This document shows positions 56,750-64,000 of a stretch of 64,000 nt of DNA, piece after piece. The translations under genes were made by a program, and so were the position numbers. How positions within the stretch are numbered: position 1 is the first letter of the stretch; every line of letters begins with the position of its first letter. The DNA comes from an uncultured virus (IMG/VR IMGVR_UViG_3300028734_000019) (lineage: Duplodnaviria > Heunggongvirae > Uroviricota > Caudoviricetes), in IMG/VR virus record IMGVR_UViG_3300028734_000019, positions 1 through 64,000 of that record; one strand, 5' to 3'. A model generated the notes under the pieces. It was given only the letters and a program-made list of their open reading frames with translations. It made no database searches and was not told the DNA's origin.

Positions 56750-58144
56750 TTAGAATTTTTTCATCTTTTGATAAGAAACTTCATTTCTTTCGTTGTTACG
56801 TTGCTTATCTTTCTTTTTTTGCTCTTTCTTATCTTTCCAAGATGTACCTTCAGATTTATCTTTTATGTTTAAGATTGGTTTTATTTTATCAAGAATTAAT
56901 GCAGTAGGCTCGATAGCTTTTTCAATCATATCAGAGTTTTTGTAAGCAAATGGTGATTCATCAATTGTACTTTTACATACAGATGTTGAATATATACCTT
57001 TCATTACTTTCTGAAAATCTTTTAAATCAATTGACTCTTTTGCTTTTGATCTTGACATCAAACGACCAGACCCATGTGGTGCTGAGTTGTTCCAATCTTC
57101 ATTTGATTTACCTTCGCATATAAGTATTCCATCTCTCATATTGAATGGTATAATCATTTTTTCACCAACATAAGATGAGATTGCACCTTTTCTTATGATA
57201 AAATCTTTGAAATCAACATAGTTATGTATTGAATGAATTTCTTCATCAAACTTTTTGATATTCAATGCTTTTTTTATCAATGATAACATTGTTTTTCTAC
57301 TCCATAGAGCATATTGTTGAGCAAAAATCATATCAAATAGATATCCAATAAGATACTCACCATCTAAATATTCTTTGTCAATATTAAGACTGTATCTTGT
57401 CCTTAATTCTTTTATTTTTTTATCAATATCAGATTTAGGATAAGTATTCATTGTAATGTCATCCAATTCCATGTTATATTCTTTGGTTGCAACGAATACT
57501 TTACCTCTTGCAACTTTAGTCCAGTATTCCGCAATTTTAAGTCCAAAGTTTCTTGACCCAGAGTGGACTGTTACCCAATAATCATTAGTCTTATCTGACT
57601 TACCAAGTTCAATAAAGTGGTTACCACCTCCTAATGTACCAATAGATTTGTAAAATTTACCTTCATCAATTCCAATATCTTTCAATTTAGATGTTAGCCA
57701 TTTATCATTGTATGATGGAGAATCATAAGATGTCCCAAATTTTTCGTTAAATTTTACAATGAAGTTATCTGCAATTACTTGAACATCACCAAAAGGGATA
57801 TTTTTAAATTTGATATCTTCGTGCATACCAAATCCCATAGGAACATTTTCACGTATCAGATTATCAATTTTTTCTAAATCTAATGTGGTTCTACCTGAAA
57901 ATCTAGCACTTAGCATCCCGCAGCCGATATCCACACCTATAGTGCTTGGTTTGAGATACTTACCCAATTCCATGGAAAACCCAATACAAATATCTGAGCC
58001 AACATGCACGTCTGGCATTAGTCTGACTTTCAACCCATTAGATGTTTCTGAGTTAATGACATTGTATATTTGTGTATAGACTCCTTCTTCAACTTCATCT
58101 ATAAATATTTTAGCGTCTGTATATTTACCTTTTAACTCAATCAT
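56750..58144 (-). CDS. rtcB: RtcB RNA 3'-phosphate/5'-OH ligase
   Basis: MPDVHVG, GVDIGCG, GTLGGGNHFIE, HSGSR, HNYV, RKGA, SAPHGSGR, DESPFAYK. Confidence 0.95.
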   Translation of the reverse strand: MIELKGKYTDAKIFIDEVEEGVYTQIYNVINSETSNGLKVRLMPDVHVGSDICIGFSMELGKYLKPSTIGVDIGCGMLSARFSGRTTLDLEKIDNLIRENVPMGFGMHEDIKFKNIPFGDVQVIADNFIVKFNEKFGTSYDSPSYNDKWLTSKLKDIGIDEGKFYKSIGTLGGGNHFIELGKSDKTNDYWVTVHSGSRNFGLKIAEYWTKVARGKVFVATKEYNMELDDITMNTYPKSDIDKKIKELRTRYSLNIDKEYLDGEYLIGYLFDMIFAQQYALWSRKTMLSLIKKALNIKKFDEEIHSIHNYVDFKDFIIRKGAISSYVGEKMIIPFNMRDGILICEGKSNEDWNNSAPHGSGRLMSRSKAKESIDLKDFQKVMKGIYSTSVCKSTIDESPFAYKNSDMIEKAIEPTALILDKIKPILNIKDKSEGTSWKDKKEQKKKDKQRNNERNEVSYQKMKKF

Positions 58145-58210
58145 AATTTTACCTACTTTTTTTAATTAATTTAATTCTATTTTTTAATATTTTTTGCAAA
58201 TGTACAACAA

Positions 58211-59903
58211 TTAATCCAATTCACAAAATATTTTATTCAATTTATTCAATTTATTTTTTCTTAAAATTCTTTTACTAATGAAAAATGAATAAAATATTAT
58301 ATCGCATATGATACCAACATCTGTCATTATTGTTATTGTACTATAATTTCTACCTATTTCTAATACTTTATATTCTTTATTTACTGTTATGAGGTTATCA
58401 TTTGTATAATCATTTTTAATGCAAATTAAAAAATCTCCAACTATAATTTTGTCATATTTCATTTAATTTTTTTAGTTTTGATGTTCTATATTCTTTTAAC
58501 CCAATAAATCTATTTATATCAAAAACTGTATATCCATATATTTCCTCAACTTCTTCTAACATATATGAAGTATTTTGATATCTACTGCTAGTATCATCAA
58601 GTAATTCATAGCAATTTCCATCATCATCCCAATATGATTGAATTTTTTTAATGGTATATGTTTTATTTATTTCTAAAGGATTTGATTTTTTGTATTTTAA
58701 ACAATATGAAATGAAATCATAAAAAATGTTATCAGATTTAGGCGTATTATCAATACAAACCATAATATCTCCTACTTTGTACATATTTTATTCAGTTTTT
58801 CTAATTTCATTTTTCTAATTATTTTTTTATCAGAAAAAAATCGTATTGGTACAAATTGACTCAATTTTTTGTTATCACTTCTTACCACAATTTTATTTTC
58901 AAAATGCCAATCAATATCCTCAATTTTATATTTTTTCCCTACTGTCAAATGTTGATCCCAGTAATCATTATCATCAAATGTTACACAAGTGACAATTTGT
59001 CCTACTTTAAAATCATCGTTAGTTAATTCTGTGTCTTTCATTTATTTTATTTAGTTTAGATATTCTCAATATTGAAATCACTTGAAGTTCAGTTAAAATT
59101 TTAATTTCATAACTATCATGTTTACTATTATAATGAAATATAATAACTACAGTATAAAGTGATGAATTGAATTCTTTAACTATTTCACGAATACTAAAAT
59201 CATATTTATTATTGAATTTTTTGTTATAATATTTTTTCAATTCTCTTAATAACAGTAGATATGATTTAGTATCTAAATTAGATACTATGTTGTCTGACAT
59301 AATTTATTCAGTTTATTTATTCTGCTTATATTATTTAATTGAAGTTCAGATAAATAATGATGTTCTATAACATAATGATATCCTGTTAATTTATATTTTT
59401 TTTCTAATTTAACAGAAACAATATAATCATAATTGTTATTATCACTTTTCATAAATCTTAATACACTATATACATTATATCCGAACTCTGATTCTTTAAG
59501 TATATTTATATAATATAATTTTAATTCTTCAAGTAATTTTTGATATTCTGGTGAATTGCTGTTGTATTTATACATTAATTTCTATTAATTTCTGTTTTCT
59601 CATAAAAATATTATGTTCATTAACATTATCAAATTCATACAACTTATCATTAAATACTTCATAATCATTAAATGAAAGAATCACAGTTCCATGTTTTTCA
59701 AATTTAAAATAAATCTTTTTTTCACTCAAAAGAGACATTTCAAATCTCTCATTAAATTTAGTATTCAAACAATTTATTAATGCAGATAAAATAAATTCAT
59801 TTCTTTCTTCTAATTGAAAATAGTGTTCGATATAATAACAATTTTTAGGCATACCCCACAAACCATTATCTTGTTTTTTTGATTTTATAGGTATTATTTT
59901 CAT
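58211..59903 (-). other. Six overlapping small ORFs (58211, 58452, 58772, 59019, 59285, 59568), all ending in the RxxKLxx(L/I) tag
   Basis: Ends RKNKLNKL, RTSKLKKL, RKMKLEKL, RISKLNKI, RINKLNKL, RKQKLIEI. The first three have a VG(D/Q)xxxC SH3/KOW-like start. Confidence 0.65.
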
Positions 59904-59913
59904 AATATTTAGA

Positions 59914-60423
59914 TTAATGTATATTACCTAAATTGTTCAATTCATCGTTTAATTTTGTACCAAGTGCTTCTAAATTTTTCAATTGATTTTTAACTTGATC
60001 TATACTATTATTAAATTCTTCTTTGATGTCTTCATTGTAATCAGATAATTCATCATTATTCATCAATTCATCTAATTTTTTATATAATTCTTTGTTTTCT
60101 ATGTTATTCGCAATATAATCAAATTCATCATTTTCATAATCTTGTCCATATTGGTATTCATTTTCAGATATTTTTTTATTTAAAGTTAGTATCTCATTTT
60201 TTGTTTTATCAGAAAATTCTTTAAATTTAAAAGTATAATCATCATTTATAAGAGGACACCATTTTGGTTTATATTCATTTTCATTCAAATCAATATAAGG
60301 ATTATTTAATTTTAAATAATTTGACAATACACATACATCAGTGTCTGGTTTTCCTATTGTATCATAATCATACTCAGTATGACAAAAAGGACAATTTAAA
60401 CATCCATTTACTATTTTTTTCAT
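59914..60423 (-). CDS. Hypothetical protein, N-terminal Cys motif plus coiled coil
   Basis: CLNCPFC ... C ... PKWCPL. Confidence 0.6.
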   Translation of the reverse strand: MKKIVNGCLNCPFCHTEYDYDTIGKPDTDVCVLSNYLKLNNPYIDLNENEYKPKWCPLINDDYTFKFKEFSDKTKNEILTLNKKISENEYQYGQDYENDEFDYIANNIENKELYKKLDELMNNDELSDYNEDIKEEFNNSIDQVKNQLKNLEALGTKLNDELNNLGNIH

Positions 60424-60590
60424 TTTAAGTTATTTATTTTTTCAAGCTTTTGCCGTCTTTTTTCATTTGTTTTTTTTCTATTTAGCTCAGCAATCAATCG
60501 TTCATCAATTTTAAATGAGGATGGATATAAGCTTGCAAAATCTAAGTTAACTACATTAAAAATATTTTCATTTTTTTTATTCTTTTTCAC
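60420..60590 (-). CDS. 56-aa ORF (GTG start, not in track) carrying a PolB motif A-like sequence and the RxxKLxxI tag
   Basis: MKKNKKNENIFNVVNLDFASLYPSSFKIDERLIAELNRKKTNEKRRQKLEKINNLK*. The stop overlaps the next ATG (ATGA). Confidence 0.6.
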   Translation of the reverse strand: MKKNKKNENIFNVVNLDFASLYPSSFKIDERLIAELNRKKTNEKRRQKLEKINNLK

Positions 60591-61230
60591 TATAATTTAT
60601 CTTTTTCAATTTTAATTTTCTATTGAATTGTATCAATAGTTCAGTATTCTTATATCTTAATACTGACAATTCAAAGCCATTAGTATTATAATGACTTTCT
60701 AATTTAGATATGAACATTTCAAAATCTTCAGATAGAATACCATTTTTTTCAAATAATTTTGGCTTTCTATTTTTATTTTCAAATATTCCTCTAATTAGAA
60801 TTTTACTTATTTCTGTTGAAAATTTTACATAATTATTATCATTGCAGATTTTCCAATTTTGATTTGATATTAATTCTTTGAATTTTTTGTTAGAATTTCC
60901 AATAATTCCCCAATAGTGATATTTTTTTTCATCATCATCGTCATCGTTACAACTACTTATGAATATTACATATGGAGTATCTTCATGTAAAGTTTTAAAT
61001 AATTCATATTTAGATTTACAATCTAAATCAAAAACAGGATAAATAACATCTTTAAATTTTGATTCTATTGATAATCCACATTTTTCATCAATATCAATCA
61101 TTTTTCTGAAGTATTTCATAATACTATCAATTGATTCATATTTCATTTTTTCTGATGAATCATAATCACTATGATGTGTATATTGACGTAAATATGTCAA
61201 TTCATTTATTTTACTTTTAAAAAAAAACAT
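60577..61230 (-). CDS. Hypothetical protein with RxxKLxxI tag
   Basis: PVFDLD ... HYW; ends NRKLKLKKI. Confidence 0.6.
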   Translation of the reverse strand: MFFFKSKINELTYLRQYTHHSDYDSSEKMKYESIDSIMKYFRKMIDIDEKCGLSIESKFKDVIYPVFDLDCKSKYELFKTLHEDTPYVIFISSCNDDDDDEKKYHYWGIIGNSNKKFKELISNQNWKICNDNNYVKFSTEISKILIRGIFENKNRKPKLFEKNGILSEDFEMFISKLESHYNTNGFELSVLRYKNTELLIQFNRKLKLKKINYSEKE

Positions 61231-61232
61231 AA

Positions 61233-61457
61233 TTATTTTACTTTATATTGATTACTTCTATTGTGCTTCCAAGTTTTATACATTCTTATTTGATACATTA
61301 GCAATTGTTTCTTTTTAAACTTTCTTGTTATTCTTGATTGTTCTGGATAAAAGTGTAATCCTTCGTCCCAATAAGGATCTGTATTATCATTATTTAGAAT
61401 GTTGTAGGTTCTGTTGTCAGTTACTACATCTGATTTTTTACATTTGATTCTTTTCAT
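61233..61457 (-). CDS. Small basic hypothetical protein
   Basis: Ends YKTWKHNRSNQYK. Confidence 0.55.
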   Translation of the reverse strand: MKRIKCKKSDVVTDNRTYNILNNDNTDPYWDEGLHFYPEQSRITRKFKKKQLLMYQIRMYKTWKHNRSNQYKVK

Positions 61458-61681
61458 TTTTTATTAGATTATTTTTTAATAATCTAATATTTATCTAATT
61501 TTTTCTTCATTTTATGTATTATTTTATCTTTAATTTTTATATATACTTTTTTGAATTGAATGTTTTTAAAAAATATAAAACTTTTTTTATTTATGTGATA
61601 TAAGTGATATAATTTTAAACCGAACTAGACTCAACTAGATTTTGCAAAGATAACAAAATTATTTAATAACACAAACTTTTT

Positions 61682-61969
61682 ATGACAAAATACATTTTAA
61701 ACGGACAAAAAGGTGATTTTGATTGGAATCACAATAAAGAATATAAAACATGTCCATATTGTGGTTCTTCTTGTGATCACGGAGGTAAAGGATTTAATGA
61801 TTGGAATAGAGTATATAATTGTGGATCAATTATAACTGCAGAATGGAGTAATGATGGTTACACAGTAAATTATGATATAAAATGTGACACGCCAGAAGGA
61901 ATTTATAGTAATATAGAAGTTAGTGGAAGAGTTTTTGCATCAGTTCATCATAATTATAATTATAAATAA
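61682..61969 (+). CDS. Small zinc-ribbon-like protein
   Basis: CPYCGS ... YNCGS. Confidence 0.55.
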   Translation: MTKYILNGQKGDFDWNHNKEYKTCPYCGSSCDHGGKGFNDWNRVYNCGSIITAEWSNDGYTVNYDIKCDTPEGIYSNIEVSGRVFASVHHNYNYK

Positions 61970-61977
61970 AAAATCAT

Positions 61978-62268
61978 ATGACAAATAATAAAGTTGAAAG
62001 ACTTTTAGCTGGAGAAACAATTATTAGTAAAGAGCCAGGAAACTCAATGCTTCCATTAATAAAATCAAAACAACCTGTAACATTAGAACCAGCTACTTGG
62101 GAATCAGTAAATGTAGGAGATATTGTTTATTGTAAATATCACGGAAAATTATATACTCACTTAGTAAAATCAAAAAACTTAGAACAAGGAGTTCTTATCG
62201 GTAACAATAAAGGACACATAAATGGCTGGACCAAAAATGTATATGGTAAAGTAATAAATATATTATAA
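61978..62268 (+). CDS. S24/S26 peptidase-like domain protein
   Basis: GNSMLPLI ... VGDIVY ... THLVK. Confidence 0.6.
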   Translation: MTNNKVERLLAGETIISKEPGNSMLPLIKSKQPVTLEPATWESVNVGDIVYCKYHGKLYTHLVKSKNLEQGVLIGNNKGHINGWTKNVYGKVINIL

Positions 62269-62484
62269 AAAATAAATAAATAATAATGAGAGCTATATGT
62301 AAGCTAGATTACGGGCAGTTTGAAAATAACAAAACCTACAATTATTCACACACCAAAGACAATAAATATCATGTTGATGGACAATATGGAGACACAGAAT
62401 TTAACAAGAGACAATTCGATGCATTATTCACATCAGAAAAACCAAAAACACAAAACAAATCATTTAATTTTTAATATCTAAAAT

Positions 62485-62739
62485 ATGAAGTTTCATGTTG
62501 GTGATAACGTTATATTCATAAATAATTCTAAAAATATTTATGGATGGAATCTCAAGGAGTATAAAACATATAAAATATATGGATATTCATATCGATATTC
62601 AGATAATTTATCTGATATTTTATATTCTGTAAAATTTGGAACCACTATTCAAAGTTGGTATCTTGAATGTGATTTTATGTCAATAAAAGAATATAGAAAA
62701 TTAAAAATAAAAATGTTGAATAGTTATGGGATGTGGTAG
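62485..62739 (+). CDS. Small SH3/KOW-like protein with RxxKIxxL tag
   Basis: FHVGDNVIF ... YRKLKIKML. Confidence 0.55.
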   Translation: MKFHVGDNVIFINNSKNIYGWNLKEYKTYKIYGYSYRYSDNLSDILYSVKFGTTIQSWYLECDFMSIKEYRKLKIKMLNSYGMW

Positions 62740-62989
62740 AGAAACACAAAATTTATTTCATTATATTAAATATAAGAATTGGAATAAAACTTGGAAATTA
62801 ATTAAAAATTTTGATAGAATTACTTTTGATGATACATTTATGCCATTGATTTGTAAAATAAATGGTCACAAACCATATCAACCAGATAAACAATATGAGC
62901 CAGATAGTTGGGCTTGTAATAGATGTCACAGATATATAAATTACAATTCAAGAAAAGAAAAATTAAAAAAATTAAAAAAATTAAAATGA
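62726..62989 (+). CDS. Small zinc-binding protein with RxxKLxxL tag
   Basis: ICKINGH ... CNRC ... SRKEKLKKL. Confidence 0.55.
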   Translation: MGCGRETQNLFHYIKYKNWNKTWKLIKNFDRITFDDTFMPLICKINGHKPYQPDKQYEPDSWACNRCHRYINYNSRKEKLKKLKKLK

Positions 62990-63303
62990 AACTTTTTAAA
63001 GATATAATAAAAACTATAATCAATTCAATTAATCCATTTTATGAAAGTAATAAACAGTTCGAACAAATCAATAAATTATTTAAAGAATTAAAAAAAAATC
63101 AATTAGATGTTTATAGATGTGAAATTGATAGACTTCTGAATATGACTGAAGATGAAAAAAAAAATGAGCATGAAAAATTGTTGATATTAGAAGCAAATCA
63201 AATCATAAATAAATTAGAATCTGATACAGAATTATACAAAGTATTTAATAATATATTAAGAAGAAATAAACTTGGAAAAATAGTAGATAATAAAAATGAG
63301 TAA
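62986..63303 (+). CDS. Hypothetical protein with RxxKLxxI tag
   Basis: Start reassigned to ATG 62986 (ATGA overlap); ends LRRNKLGKI. Confidence 0.55.
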   Translation: MKLFKDIIKTIINSINPFYESNKQFEQINKLFKELKKNQLDVYRCEIDRLLNMTEDEKKNEHEKLLILEANQIINKLESDTELYKVFNNILRRNKLGKIVDNKNE

Positions 63304-63880
63304 TTTAATAGAACACGCTAAAAGAGAATTTCTAAAAATAGGTTATAAACCTGTTGAAGAATGTGAAAATGATCCAGATAAATGGGTACAAGAAAATGTG
63401 TTAGAGTTACTAGAAGTTTTTTCTAAACAAGGACATTCTGGGTTTTCAGCGTCATATGCTATTAGTTATTTTACAAAATTAGCTAATTTTAAGCCAATTG
63501 CACCTATCATGTGTACTGATGATGAATGGATTGATGTGACTATGGATGATAGTGAAATGTTATTTCAGAATAATCGTTGTAGTGCTGTTTTTAAAGTATC
63601 AACTGATGGTAGTCCATATTATTTGGATGCAATTGTTTTTGTTGATGAAAATAATTCATCATATACTGGCGGAGCACTTAATAATAAGAATGAAAGTATT
63701 ACAAGCAAACAAACAATAAAAATTCCTTTCACACCAAAAACATTTTATGTTAATGTTATAGAGATTGATGATGAAAGTCGTATTAAAGATGAATCTCAAT
63801 TGAAAGAAATTTGGAGTTATTATGAACATCAAGAAACAAAATCATATATTAGATATAAAAAATTAAAAAAATTAAAATGA
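63296..63880 (+). CDS. Conserved phage protein (QGHSGFSA) with RxxKLxxL tag
   Basis: HAKREF ... FSKQGHSGFSA ... QNNRCSAVFK ... IRYKKLKKLK. Confidence 0.65.
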   Translation: MSNLIEHAKREFLKIGYKPVEECENDPDKWVQENVLELLEVFSKQGHSGFSASYAISYFTKLANFKPIAPIMCTDDEWIDVTMDDSEMLFQNNRCSAVFKVSTDGSPYYLDAIVFVDENNSSYTGGALNNKNESITSKQTIKIPFTPKTFYVNVIEIDDESRIKDESQLKEIWSYYEHQETKSYIRYKKLKKLK

Positions 63881-64000
63881 AAATAACAATAGACGAAACA
63901 AAATTTGATGTTAAATTCAGTCGAGATGAATTACCTGATCAAATAAAGACAAATTCAGTTACTAGCATGTTAAAGGAGTGGACTATATTAAGTCAACAAT

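Noticed and set aside
54390..58079. Antisense ORFs 54390-54944, 55632-55901 and 57810-58079 (also 15053, 17073, 17832, 18746, 40837, 41576)
   Set aside because: They lie opposite well-supported genes and have no independent motifs or start signals.
53957..58144. Bacterial chromosome origin suggested by dnaK, rtcB, guaB and the hisS-like gene
   Set aside because: No dnaJ, grpE or housekeeping synteny. These genes are embedded among small phage-type ORFs with gp13- and gp46-like genes and a tRNA array lacking encoded CCA.
1..64000. Stop-codon reassignment (TAG or TGA), as in some large Bacteroidota phages
   Set aside because: DnaK, RtcB, gp46 and IMPDH are full length in the standard code. 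Coding density is high, TAG and TGA occur at plausible gene ends, and no suppressor tRNA was seen.

Overview
Very AT-rich, densely coding fragment of a large (jumbo/huge) T4-like tailed phage genome, read in the standard genetic code. The host is probably Bacteroidota, from TTTG-N20-TAnnTTTG promoters and A-rich leaders without Shine-Dalgarno sites. The left part (1-25 kb, mostly + strand) is structural/late: a gp13-like neck protein, a gp46/SbcC ATPase, an amidoligase, a large membrane/tape-measure-like protein, and proteins with T4 capsid-targeting-like N-termini. At 25.8-30.2 kb there are 16 minus-strand tRNA or tRNA-like genes interrupted by an HNH endonuclease. The right part (31-64 kb, mostly - strand) is accessory: IMPDH/GMPR, a minimal HisRS-like protein, a radical SAM enzyme, a GH73 hydrolase, DnaK, RtcB and many small ORFs. 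Main finding: the tRNA array lies downstream of two tandem, unannotated leader-peptide attenuators. Each short peptide is built almost only from the amino acids the downstream tRNAs carry (N, I, Y, D, E, C, M, plus an Arg CGY codon). Each ends in a sequence complementary to the 5' arm of its own terminator, which suggests a ribosome-stalling sensor that switches on phage tRNAs when those tRNAs are depleted. Other findings: seven otherwise dissimilar proteins share the N-terminus MK(I/V)RxGFVSNSSSSSF near a radical SAM enzyme; about 26 proteins share a C-terminal RxxK(L/I)xx(L/I) tag; several tRNAs have non-canonical structures. All calls come from reading the sequence by eye; no database searches were run.
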